Source: Eledone cirrhosa
Taxonomy: Eukaryota
DNA: 64,000 nucleotides
Direction of reading: 5' to 3'
Assembly: GCA_964016885.1 (NCBI GenBank)
Contig: OZ024741.1
Coordinates: forward strand, 171,058,001-171,122,000
Below the pieces are notes generated by a model. That model made no database searches. It worked only from the letters and a program-made list of their open reading frames with translations, and was not told the DNA's origin. Positions 38,072 through 49,248 of this stretch are shown here, piece after piece. Position 1 is the first letter of the stretch. Every line of letters begins with the position of its first letter. A program made the position numbers and the translations under genes.

Positions 38072-38464
38072 ATATATATGTCTGCTACGTTAGAGTTGAT
38101 GTATTTATCTTTTTCGTATGAAATATATATTACAGATGTCAGACAATATAGCAGACTTTTGAGACATAAGACAGAAGCCATCACTAAACAGAATTCTTGA
38201 ATCAACATTAATGTGTGTCACGTGAAAAAGTTACATGCGTACCTACGGCTATGTTGAAATCAAATAGCTTAATAAAGAACTCAATACACATACACACAAA
38301 CATGCATACACACATACACACAAACATACATACACACAAACACACACACGCACACACACACACATATATATATATATGTGTGTGTATATATTCAAATATA
38401 CGTAGACATATACATATATATATTCCCACAAAAACGCATACACACACACACATATAGATATATA

Positions 38465-38660
38465 TAACGAAGAAGTTGTGGTAAGGAACCAGATGGACCA
38501 TAACGCACCAGAGTACTCAATACTTAGGGTATTAGAGTGGGTATTAAGAAAATGTATGACCCCGACGGCAGAGCTCAAGCCGTTTCGACGGCTATTTCTG
38601 GGTCCAGAAATAGCCGTCGAAACGGCTTGAGCTCTGCCGTCAGGGTCATACATTTTCCTA
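38465..38660 (-). repeat. Fold-back insertion (family X)
   Basis: Near-perfect palindrome at 38543-38660 centred at ~38602. The tail at 38465-38542 carries cactc..gagtact on the minus strand. Confidence 0.9.
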
Positions 38661-39019
38661 TATATATATATATATTTATATACATGCATACATAATTGCA
38701 TGCATACTTTCATTTATACATTCTGTCTCTACTTGAAATTTCACAATACAATGATTACCATTTAATAATCTCTTGTTGAGTTTACAACGTAAGATTTTTT
38801 TGAGACTCCTATTGTAAACACTTTTCCGCCATTTTTCTTTTTCTTTATTCAGTCAGCTGCACACATTTTCGTTAAATATCTACTGAAGCTTATGAAAAGC
38901 AGGTGTCATCATTGTCAAATAAATGGCCGTCACATTTTGATTTGATGCTTGAGGGAAGAAAATGGAACATTGGGATCGGCTTTTTATGAATAAATCATCT
39001 TTACACATCTCTCACTTTG

Positions 39020-39020
<1 letters not shown>

Positions 39021-39112
<92 letters not shown>

Positions 39113-39290
39113 TCGGTGATTATTGGCTGATTTATTTATTCATCTTCCCTTTTGTTTCTTTCGCTGCGTCTTTTTTATTTATCCACTTCTTTTTCTTATT
39201 CTCCTCCTCCTCCACCACATCCTCCTCCTCCTCCTCCTTCTCCTCCTCCTCCTTCTTATTCTACTACTACTACTACTACTACTACTACAA
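39021..39290. repeat. (TAG)n, (TCC)n and (CTA)n microsatellites
   Basis: Direct reading. Confidence 0.95.
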
Positions 39291-39399
39291 CAACGCGCAA
39301 TATCATCTTTCCATTCTTAATATATGGCATAAGTCAATTCTAAGATCTAGTTTTCGGCAATGTAACAGGCTGGTGAGTTATATACTGCAGTGTCGTGTA

Positions 39400-40180
39400 T
39401 CATGTGATATATAGAGTAATATAATGTTATATAGTGTAATATAACTTACATTAGTAAAGGGCACAGATGTATAATTTAGTAAGCTACAGTGCTGTGTTGT
39501 ATATAAAAGTATAGTGTTTTATGTTGAGTAAAATTTAGTGTAGCGTTATATAGTGTAGTGTTATATTAGCATTAGAGTTATGGCCCTTTATGATCTCATT
39601 TCAAATCCTACCAAGGTCAACTTTGCATTTCATCCTTACGGGGCCGATAGAATAAAGCACTATTAATGCAATGGGGTAATTGCTGGCCTAGTGCTGGCCT
39701 AGTGCCAAATGTAGTAACAATTATTGTAAATCAATGTATCGTACAATGTAGCATTGTTATTTAGTGTAGTGTGGTGTAGCGTTATATAGCTTAATGCTGT
39801 ATAATGTAGTGTAGTACAGATTATATTTTATTGTTGTGTAGTGGAGGATAATGTAGTGTATTGAAGAGTAGTACTATACAGTTCAGTGAAGTATAGTATA
39901 ATATAGAGTAATAGAGAGTAGCGTTATATAGCCAAGTGTTGTATTGTGTAGAATAATGTAGTGTAGTAAAGAGCTGTGTTATATTTTATTGTTTCAGGAT
40001 AATGTAGTGTATTGAAGAATAGTACTATACAGTTCAGTGAAGTGTAACATAGTATAATATAGAGTAGTGGAGAGGAGCTTTTACAGTTCAGTGTTGTATT
40101 ATGTAGTATAAATAAGATGTAAAGGGGAATAGTCTAATATAGTACAATGCAATGTAGTGTTGTATAGATTAGCGTAGATA
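39400..40180. repeat. Degenerate (TAGTG/TATAG)-like satellite with a ~151-bp duplication, containing a family A SINE fragment (39580-39725, +)
   Basis: ggataatgtagtgtattgaaga..tactatacagttcagtgaag at ~39846 and ~39997. Confidence 0.7.
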
Positions 40181-40423
40181 GTTTATCTCAAAAACAGGAA
40201 ATAATCTTTGGGGAAAATTACTAAATCAGTGCAGTTATTATTTCAATCAATTGGTGTTTCATTCTCAAGGTTAAAGCTTTTCAAGTGTTTCCATTTCTTG
40301 GTAATATTATTTTAAATCTAATTGTTGTATTCTAATTGTTGCAGACAGGATAGAAATGCCTGACGTAATGTCTGTGAGCGTTACTATCATAGATGATAAT
40401 TGTACATGTATGTATGTTTGTAT

Positions 40424-40957
40424 GTTCTTCTGGTTTTATAATTTCACAAATTTTTCCCAATAAAGAGAGAGTCGGTTTCTAACATAGACACAAGACACTC
40501 ATTGGAATGTACACAACATCACACTAGGTAGATATGTCTGCATGTCTGCATGCTTGCATGTGTAGATATGGATTTCATTGTATGTGTGGATGTGGATGTT
40601 TTGAGTTGTATGTGTGCATGTGTATATGCTTAGTATCTGTACATGTGTATATGCAGTTATTAGATGCAACATTTTTGGAATGTTTTACATATTTTTACTT
40701 GTAATTTCCTAACTAGTTGTGTTCTTTCTGTTCCTGTGAAGCCCAGCATCTCAATATTTGGATTGAGGCAGTTACTAACATACCCCAGTTCCCCAATAAT
40801 CACAGGCATAAACCTGAAGGTATAATCAGGATGGAGTATCTGCAGATTTTTCATCAGTTCTGCATAAATATTCTCCTTTTCGCTAATCTTTGATATTATA
40901 TTGGCATCAGCTTGGAAGCTACCTTCCACTACTGTGCATGCATTCTTTTCCCTGTCC

Positions 40958-40958
<1 letters not shown>
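40424..40958 (-). mobile_element. 3' fragment of a second, diverged R4-like REL retrotransposon flanked by (CATA)n
   Basis: CTVVE..KISEKENIYAELMKNLQILHPDYTFRFMPVIIG.LG..KICKTF (40660-40958), plus a 3' UTR fragment at 40424-40520. Confidence 0.78.
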
Positions 40959-40988
<30 letters not shown>

Positions 40989-41050
40989 TGTATGTATGTA
41001 TGTATGTATGTATGTATGTATGTATGTATGTATGTATGTATTTATGTATG

Positions 41051-41500
41051 TTATCTCTTTCTCTTAATTTCGAGTATATTTTTTTGACCGGCCACCTTCC
41101 TGGTGGCAAGGTTGTAAAAGAAAAGAAATTGTCATCCCTTGAATCGCAAGAATGTTTTGCAAATTTTGAAAGTGCCAGCTATCGCAGCCATTTGTAGACT
41201 ATGAATTAGGGAGCTGCGCTCTTAGTCCGCAAATCCAAGTTCAGTCATACTTTGGTCCAAGCGGGTTGGTATATAACCCGTAGCTCCAATAATGATGGGT
41301 ATGAATCTAAAGGTGTATCTTGGATACTGGATTTGTGAACTCCTCATCAATGGTCCGTAGATGTCATCCTTCTCCTGTCTTTTTCTGACAACGTTTACAT
41401 CAAGTGGGCAGCTGATCTCCACAACAGAACACGTTTTCAATGTGTGGTCCCAAACAACAATATCAGGCCGGTTGTGCTTTAATTTGGTGGCAGTTTTTAT
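41051..41500 (-). mobile_element. 5'-truncated copy of the R4/Dong-like element with (CATA)n on both sides
   Basis: Direct repeat of 41530-41979 with a few substitutions. Confidence 0.93.
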
Positions 41501-41610
41501 GTATGTATGTATGTATGTATGTATGTATGTTTTCTCTTTCTCTTAATTTCGAGTATATTTTTTTGACCGGCCACCTTCCTGGTGGCAAGGTTGTAAAAGA
41601 AAAGAAATTG

Positions 41611-44600
41611 TCATCCCTTGAATCGCAAGAATGTTTTGCATATTTTGAAGGTGCCAGCTATCGCAGCCATTTGTAGACTATGAATTAGGGAGCTGCGCTT
41701 TTTGTCCGCAAATCCAAGTTCGGTCATACTTTGGTCCAAGCGGGTTGGTATATAACCCGTAGCACCAATAATGATGGGTATGAAGCTAAAGGTGTATCTT
41801 GGATACTGGATTTGTAAGCTCCTCATCAATGGTCCGTAGATGTCCTCCTTCTCCTGTATTTTTCTGACAACGTTTACATCAAGTGGGCAGCTGATCTCCA
41901 CAACAGAACACGTTTTCAATGTGTGGTCCCAAACTACAATATCAGGCCGGTTGTGCTTTAATTTGGTGGCAGTTTTTATTTTCAGGTTCCACCAGTATTC
42001 CTTAGTGCCATCTGTCTCAATATATTCTTCCTCGTTTGTTGTTAATTTTGTTTTCCGAAGTGCGTTCCAGATAGTTCTAGCTATCCCATCGTGTCTCATG
42101 GGGAGGTAGTAGCGAGATGACATTCTTTCGCAGCTGGCAACAATGTGGCTTACATCCTCGATCTTTGTTTTACATAGCCTACATTTATTGTCAGCTGCTG
42201 GCCCTCCTCTTTTGTGCAGCAGATATTTGGTAGGGAGTTCTTGTTCCTGTATTGCATAGAGATATCCCTCAAGGTGTGATGTCATAAACTTGTCGGAACT
42301 CCATGCCAGGCTTTTTGAGTGGTTTATCCCCTCTATGGTCTGTGTTTTACGCCTCAAGTATCCATGCACAACTTTCTCTGTAAATTGGTCAATTTTTTTT
42401 TCTTGTTTGAACATTGAATAGGATCTTCCGATTTCTCTGGGTGAGAGATTTATATCAGGCTTTATTCCATATCTCTCCTCCAGATCAGTCGCTATTCTAA
42501 TGATATTTCTTTTTTCATGCTCATAAACCTGAGCAAGATGGTCGCCAACCTTTTTCCTCTGTTGAAGGTGTTGCTTCAGTGTTACTATCCGGGTCTCATA
42601 TGTTGTTAATATTGATTTTAGACCCCGGCCACCTTCCTTGCGTGAGAAGTATAGCCTATCCACATCACCATTGATGTTAAAGTTCCCAGTAACACTGAGA
42701 AGTTTACGAGTTCTAACATCCATCTCACTTAGTTCTTGCAATGACCAGTTCAGTAGGCCAAATGTTGGCGTTATAATTGGCACAGCATAGGTATTGTGGG
42801 CAATGTATTTGTTGTATGCTGACAGTTCTGATGACCATATTTTTTTTACTCTTCTGAGGTATTCAGTTCTGGTTCTCTCCTTATTTATGGGTCCATCATA
42901 TCTGACATTCTCATCCTGTCCAAGATATCTGTAGTTGTCACCTGACTGCAGAGGTTGTATTGTCAGGCCGTTCATATCTAGATTTCTAGAGGAGGGCACA
43001 GCTCTTCCACGTTTTACTGCCAAATATGCACACTTGGACTCACCAAATTTCATTTTGATGTCGGTTGAAAATTGTGTAATGAGGTCCAATTGTTTCTTGA
43101 TGTCATTGATATTTGGCCCATACAACTTCAGGTCATCAACAAAGAAAAGATGGGAGATACTTCTGGGCCCACTTCTTTGTCCACCTTGTTTCCTGAGTAG
43201 GTAAGATAGTGGATTCAGTGAGAGAACGAAGAGTAGTACTGACAAGCTATCACCCTGAAAGATGCCCTTCTGGTAATGTATCCTATCAGTCTTAACCTGC
43301 TCCTTCTCACCTCTAAGGATCAAATTGGTGTACCAGTTCTTGGTCAGGCGTTCAACAGCAGCTACTAATGGTTGTGGGACTTTAGCTAACTGTAAAGCCT
43401 TAATAATCCACCCATGAGGTACACTATCAAATGCTTTTTGATAGTCCAGCCACACGACAGTCATGTTTCTGCGATTCTTTGTTGTTTTTTCCTGAATCAT
43501 TTTGTTAGTTAGTAGGTGATCTATGCAACCCCACACCTCCCTCTTTCCACCAGCTTGCTCAGGTGTTATGATGTTGTTGGTAGCACAGTGATCCTGTAAG
43601 AACAGGTTAAGGCACCCAGTATATAATTTATACATGATGTTTTGGCAGGCAATTGGGCGGTAATTTTTAGCAAGGGTGGTTTGGCTATTTTTGGGAATGA
43701 GGAGAGTAGTGGCAGTTGATAACCATCTGGGCAGTTCTTGTGTGCCCTTAATGGTTTCTGTAAACAGCCGTATGAGATCTTGCCGATAGAAAGTGAAATT
43801 CTTCAACCAGTATCCTGTAATGAGGTCTGGGCCTGGCGATTTCCTATTCGACATTTTCTGTAGAGCTGTTTCCAGTATTGACCCATCTATGTCATATTGT
43901 TTTGTCTGGACATGTTGGCAGTAGTCCTGTTCCAGTTGTTTTAGCCAATTAGCTTGTCTGTTGAATCCGTCATCCGTTTCCCATACAGATCTCCAGTAGT
44001 TCTCAACCTGTTCTTTTGAAGGGGTGTCGTTTACAGGGATTGAGCTTTTGCCACCGAAGCTGCGATAAACTGATTTAGGATCTCTGGCAAACAATCTATT
44101 TAGCACTTGTCGTTTATGGGCTGTTGACTTATATTTTAGTCTTTCTGTTGTAGCTGTGAGTTGTTGTTTCAACTGGTGTAATTTGGAGTTCAAAGTTTTA
44201 AATTTGGTATCTCCAAATCGTCTCTCTAACTTTTTCTTTAGGTCTTCCTGGTGTCGTGTGAAGTTTCTCTCTATGTTGCATTTCATAACGACTGCGATGT
44301 GTGAGATACTTCGTCTCAGGGACAAAATTTTGGTTTTTAAATTTCGCATCCACGCTGGTTCAGGCTTTCTGTTTGTATCTTGATTGCGTGGTTTTAGATG
44401 TGTGTTATATGATAGCAATGTGACAGCTGAAACATATAACAAAACATTGAGCGTTTCAAATGTCGTTTCTACACCTTTAGATCGTATAGCCTTCAGATAA
44501 TTGCCAGCTATTTCGTTCACCGCTTCCAATTCCAATTTAGTGGGTTCTTTACTGACTCTAGTGTTGTATGGTCTGTCACTCACATTAAGGCTGTGTATCT

Positions 44601-45120
44601 CTTGAAACATATCGTTCCATATCACTTGTAGGGTGCCCACAAGTTTTTGGTGCTCTGTTTGTTCAGTAGAGTCATGAATTTCAGACTCGTTGTTGATGTG
44701 GTGACAATTACTATTAGAGTCAGCTGACCTTTCTCGCTGTTCTTCAGTGGAAGTGGGATGGATTTCAGCAAAATTGTTGGTGAGCTGTTCACTGTTAGAT
44801 TTAGCCGGCCATTCTCTTTGTCTGTCAGTGGAGGTGGGGTGGTTGTCTACAAGGGCTGTATTTGTAGTATCACTCGATTCCGTTAGATGTATCAATTTAC
44901 ATCTAATGATACGTTTTGCCTGTTCATTTAGATGCTTTGGAGAAAAGTCTAATTCTGGGTGTTTGGAGTTCCATAAAGTTTTTAGCCTTTGCATAAAACC
45001 GAACTTTTGGGGTTCAGATTGTTTGTATGCTTCATATAATTCTTTGTTAAGCTCGTAGCTCCACTGTATACAACGGTTGTAATTGCGATTTGGTCGAAGG
45101 AGACTTGTACTTTTTGCCAT
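41611..45120 (-). CDS. Reverse transcriptase with CCHC finger and restriction-like endonuclease (R4/Dong-like polyprotein)
   Basis: KSPGPD, NYRPIAC, WLDYQKAFDSVPH, GIFQGDSLS, FFVDDLK, YRYLG, CRLC..H..SC and RHD..RPDIV..EIS..K motifs. Confidence 0.96.
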   Translation of the reverse strand: MAKSTSLLRPNRNYNRCIQWSYELNKELYEAYKQSEPQKFGFMQRLKTLWNSKHPELDFSPKHLNEQAKRIIRCKLIHLTESSDTTNTALVDNHPTSTDRQREWPAKSNSEQLTNNFAEIHPTSTEEQRERSADSNSNCHHINNESEIHDSTEQTEHQKLVGTLQVIWNDMFQEIHSLNVSDRPYNTRVSKEPTKLELEAVNEIAGNYLKAIRSKGVETTFETLNVLLYVSAVTLLSYNTHLKPRNQDTNRKPEPAWMRNLKTKILSLRRSISHIAVVMKCNIERNFTRHQEDLKKKLERRFGDTKFKTLNSKLHQLKQQLTATTERLKYKSTAHKRQVLNRLFARDPKSVYRSFGGKSSIPVNDTPSKEQVENYWRSVWETDDGFNRQANWLKQLEQDYCQHVQTKQYDIDGSILETALQKMSNRKSPGPDLITGYWLKNFTFYRQDLIRLFTETIKGTQELPRWLSTATTLLIPKNSQTTLAKNYRPIACQNIMYKLYTGCLNLFLQDHCATNNIITPEQAGGKREVWGCIDHLLTNKMIQEKTTKNRRNMTVVWLDYQKAFDSVPHGWIIKALQLAKVPQPLVAAVERLTKNWYTNLILRGEKEQVKTDRIHYQKGIFQGDSLSVLLFVLSLNPLSYLLRKQGGQRSGPRSISHLFFVDDLKLYGPNINDIKKQLDLITQFSTDIKMKFGESKCAYLAVKRGRAVPSSRNLDMNGLTIQPLQSGDNYRYLGQDENVRYDGPINKERTRTEYLRRVKKIWSSELSAYNKYIAHNTYAVPIITPTFGLLNWSLQELSEMDVRTRKLLSVTGNFNINGDVDRLYFSRKEGGRGLKSILTTYETRIVTLKQHLQQRKKVGDHLAQVYEHEKRNIIRIATDLEERYGIKPDINLSPREIGRSYSMFKQEKKIDQFTEKVVHGYLRRKTQTIEGINHSKSLAWSSDKFMTSHLEGYLYAIQEQELPTKYLLHKRGGPAADNKCRLCKTKIEDVSHIVASCERMSSRYYLPMRHDGIARTIWNALRKTKLTTNEEEYIETDGTKEYWWNLKIKTATKLKHNRPDIVVWDHTLKTCSVVEISCPLDVNVVRKIQEKEDIYGPLMRSLQIQYPRYTFSFIPIIIGATGYIPTRLDQSMTELGFADKKRSSLIHSLQMAAIAGTFKICKTFLRFKG

Positions 45121-45305
45121 GATGAGTTCGTCTATTCACTAATATTTTGTATTTATTTTTTTTAAATAGTCGATGATCTTCTTTAAAAGTTACGACAAAG
45201 TTCTGTCAGAATCAAATTTAAAGTTATTCACAGCTTGGGTAATATTTCTTTTCAGTTAGTTTTTAATTCTACAACTGTGTTTTAAACGTTGTTCTTGAAT
45301 CGTTT

Positions 45306-45626
45306 GAATCGAGAACAAAAAGAACCGTTACTTAGTATATTCCTTTACGAATGTAATATAATATAACAATGCTGTATTTATATGTTAAAGTTTATGTATC
45401 ATTCATATAAATAGGTGTTCTACAACATATTCACAACATTCACAGTTCAAACACTTATATTTTTGTTTCTGAATCGAAAACGTTACTTTTATATTTCTTT
45501 ATAAATGTAATATAACAACGTTGCATTTATATGTTAAAGTGTATGTATCGTTCATATATCATAAGTGTATGTATCGTTCATATAAATAGGTGTTTTACAA
45601 CACACTTACAGTTCAAACACTTATGT
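45306..45626. repeat. ~165-bp diverged tandem duplication in the retrotransposon 5' UTR
   Basis: gaatcga..cgttactt..aatgtaatata..tttatatgttaaagt..tcatataaataggtgtt..acagttcaaacacttat occurs twice. Confidence 0.8.
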
Positions 45627-45879
45627 AGAATTATTGTATGTAATCTTACCGCGTAATGTAGCTCAACTTTTTCCAATATATGGTATGTTGCCTTCATGTA
45701 AGCCGTAATTACACACGTCCAATTATCGGACACTGACCACAACGGTCGCCATTGTATGTATGTATGTATGTATGTATGTATGTATGTATGTATGTATGCG
45801 TGTAAGTATGTATGGATGGATGGATGCATATATGTAGGTATGGATGTATTAATGCATGTATGGATGTATGTATATATAT

Positions 45880-46203
45880 ATAATTGTTTCTACATTTGGC
45901 ACAAGGCCAGCAATTATCCCAGTGTATTACTGGTGCTTTTTATTTTATCAACCCCGTAAGGATGAAAGGCAAAGTTGACGTCGACGAGATTTGAACTCAG
46001 ACCATAATGAGACGTAACTCTTTGATGCAAAGCATGGCGTCCGACCCTCTACCAATACTGCCAATCCACCGCCCTTGTATATATATATATAATTGTTTCT
46101 ACTTTAGGCACAAGGCCATCAATTATCAGTACATTACTGGTACTTTATTTTATCGACCCCGTAAGAATGAAAGGCAAAGTTAACCTCGGCGGGATTTGAA
46201 CTA
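45880..46203 (-). mobile_element. Two family A SINE copies (second one truncated)
   Basis: Same consensus as 2280-2667. Confidence 0.85.
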
Positions 46204-46253
46204 AGGACGAATGTTAAGCCTTCATTAAGTGTATTGGTTGGTGACGTTGCACT

Positions 46254-46331
<78 letters not shown>

Positions 46332-46355
46332 ATATATATATATATATATATATAT

Positions 46356-46387
<32 letters not shown>

Positions 46388-46389
<2 letters not shown>

Positions 46390-46631
46390 CAAGATGGCGT
46401 AGGACAGAACAAAGGAGAGGCACAAAAAACAAAGAAAAGAATCCCCAGTTTCTGAAGAGGTCACAGAATGTGTGACGAAAGAACTTTGACAATATATAAA
46501 CAACCATCTGGTTGTGGAACCAACCAACCGAAATTTATAAATTCCTAAATTTATAAATTTATTATAATAAATTGAAGTGAAAGCAACTGGTGCGTGTTTT
46601 TCTTATTGGCAACATGACCCTCCCAAAGTAT

Positions 46632-46637
<6 letters not shown>
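46388..46637 (+). mobile_element. Solo pLTR of the 7805-13974 PLE family within (TA)n, with a hammerhead-like core at 46452-46490
   Basis: Homologous to 13720-13974. CTGAAGA g gtcaca-gaatg-tgtgac GAAA. Confidence 0.9.
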
Positions 46638-46728
<91 letters not shown>

Positions 46729-47709
46729 TATGTATCTGTGTGTACGAAAAGTAAAGAGTAACAACAAAGCTACCAATGCACTACAACGAAGATATACATT
46801 AGTTTAACGCTTGATGGAGCAGGAAAAGAGCCTTATCGTTACGGTCAATAGTCCTTTATCAAAAAATAGAAAGTAAGAAGAGAAACAAACTGAAAAAGGT
46901 TTGCGAGAAAAATAACGTGTGTTTTAAACCAGCCATTTTGGGAAAATGCTGGTTAGTGCGTATGTTAGATATTAGAGATGCTTTAAAAGGGAAATATTTC
47001 TTGTATATTTTGAGTGGACAAGGGTGTGTGCGTGTGTGTGTTTTTTGTGTGTGTTTTGTGTGTGTGCGTGCTGGTTTCTTTGTCTGTCTGTGCGAAGCTA
47101 TAAAAGGATGTGAGTTACACTACCAAATCTAGATGATGTGTGTGTAGAGTTGTGGGTATGCGGGCGTGAGAGCTGAGCAATGCAGGCAGGTATAACTATG
47201 TAAGTAAGATCCTGCTTACACATACAGACATACACGCAGGTAGAAACATATACACACACTCACGCACACACACATACATGCACACACACACACACGCACG
47301 CACACACACACACACATACACACATTTATATGTATATTTATAAAATATCATATCATAAAGACAAAAGCTCCTGTCAAACTCTATCCGTGTATCAAAGAAA
47401 TATTCCCTGCTCCTCAACTCGACCAAACCTACCACACTAATCGTATTCTCCTGAACTAAAATGCCTCACAAACTCATTCACATACATAACAATAACCATA
47501 CGTATACCTATTAGTGGTATTTTATACATGTATACATAAAAGAACAAAACAAGGTTTCACATTAAGGTTTTTTATTGAGACCAATCAATAAATATCTCAA
47601 TGTGAAATCTCATTTTGTTCTTCATCTATACACTCTGCGATAGTATAGAATGCTAATATTGGTACCTTCCTCAGTAAACCATACATCTACTGAATCAGCT
47701 AATACATAC

Positions 47710-47759
<50 letters not shown>

Positions 47760-47762
<3 letters not shown>

Positions 47763-47992
47763 CAAGTCATGGTCAGCCGACCAGACAATGCCCGTAACAG
47801 GACAACCCGTGTAACCCATGCTAGCATGGAAGAACGGACGTAAAACGGTGATGATAATGATGATGATGATATATATATTTACACGCGTTGTCCTGTTATG
47901 TGCATTGTCTGGTCGGCTGACCATGCCTTGCTCATACAGGAACTGATTTTGGCTCATTTCTACAGCTGGATGCCCTTCCTAACACCAACCTC
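47760..47992. mobile_element. Inverted pair of SINE/RTE 3'-tail fragments
   Basis: 47760-47812 is mirrored by 47880-47933. The tail aacccatgctagcatggaa..ggacgtaaaa..(tga)n is present. Confidence 0.65.
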
Positions 47993-48081
47993 ATTTACAG
48001 TGAGTGCTGGGTGCTATTTTCCGTGGCGCCTACACGACCACTTTGCAGTGGGAGGGTGTGGGGGCGTATTGTCTATATGCT

Positions 48082-48870
48082 TCAGCTTGTACCCATGGGA
48101 GGTCGGGTACTCTGTATTACTGCGTGACGCCAGAGGTCACGGTCGTGTGTCATCGCCTTTGAGAGGTGTAATTGGGTAACGTCGGCTTTTATCACCTCAT
48201 CACAGGTCCCATGTCCATACCAACGCAACCGCCTCTCCTGCACACAGCATTTGATTCCTCCCATGCTCAGTCTCTCTCTCAATTCATTTATGCTTTGCCG
48301 TTCGCGTATATTACTATTACACATCCATCGGAGCATGCATGCTTCGTTTCTTTGTAATCTACGTAAGTCTTCCACCTTCAGCGCCTAGGTCTCACTACCA
48401 TGTAACATTGCTGTTCGTATACACGCATCATACAGTCTGCCTTTCATTTTGAGGGAAAAGCCTTTTGCAGCTAGCAGTGGCAGTAGATCCCTGAACTACT
48501 TCCATCCCGTTCTTACCCTAGTTATTGTACTTTCTGAACACCCACCTCCGCTGCTAATTCGATCACCTAGGTAGCAGAAGCTGTCTACTGTTTCTACAGA
48601 GCCCTCCCAGAGATTGGTGGTACTTGTTTCCTGTGGCTGTTTGCTGCTTGCTGTCCCAGCACAGCTGCTATATGTGAAGCCTACATTCTTAATTAAGCTT
48701 CCTGAGATCCCGCTACAACTCTTGTTTACTCATTGTTTGCATTTGTGGCAGAGAATGGAGTTCATACCTACACCTTTCCTACATACTGAGCAAGGCCATT
48801 TCCCTGAGGGGATCTGGGTTCTGTTTTACTCGTCTACTTACAAGGAACTTATTCTTTGTCTGGTTGACTT
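48082..48870 (-). mobile_element. Decayed RTE-like LINE fragment
   Basis: VDSFCYLGD..GGGCSES..RVRTGW.., RRLQRNEACMLRWMC and RRLRWYGH motifs. Confidence 0.82.
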
Positions 48871-48904
48871 TGAGACCCTTTCTTATATATATATATATAT
48901 ATAT

Positions 48905-49153
48905 ATATCGCCGTATTTTGACTAAAGAAATTAAAGACATTATTTAGCCTGATAGTGGGGTTAAGAACCCTCGGAGAAATGGAAAAAGATGAGTATTGAT
49001 GTACGTCAATACTCATCTTTTTCCATTTCACCGAGGGTTCTTAACCCCACTATCAGGCTAAATAATTTCTTTAATTCCTTTAGTCAAAATACGGCGATAG
49101 CTTAACTTTCTAATAATTTCAAACTCACTCGCTGTTTCGAAAATATTCTTACA
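48905..49153 (+). repeat. Fold-back insertion (family Z): ~95-bp arms plus ~55-nt tail
   Basis: Arms at 48905-49000 and 49003-49099, axis at gatgtacgtc. (TA)n flanks. Confidence 0.9.
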
Positions 49154-49212
49154 TATATATATATATGGAATACTGTTGGCTTCTTGCTACAATAATTTCT
49201 ATACTTTTCATT

Positions 49213-49240
<28 letters not shown>

Positions 49241-49248
<8 letters not shown>

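Larger units (their letters stand above)
41530..45752 (-). mobile_element. Apparently full-length R4/Dong-like non-LTR retrotransposon inserted in (CATA)n
   Basis: Single intact 1169-aa ORF, ~630-bp 5' UTR and ~80-bp 3' UTR. (TATG)n abuts both ends on the + strand. Confidence 0.92.

Noticed and set aside
46735-47500. Possible degenerate pLTR with tgataaagg..ccgtaacg on the minus strand
   Set aside because: The core deviates at several positions and no linked ORF is recognisable.
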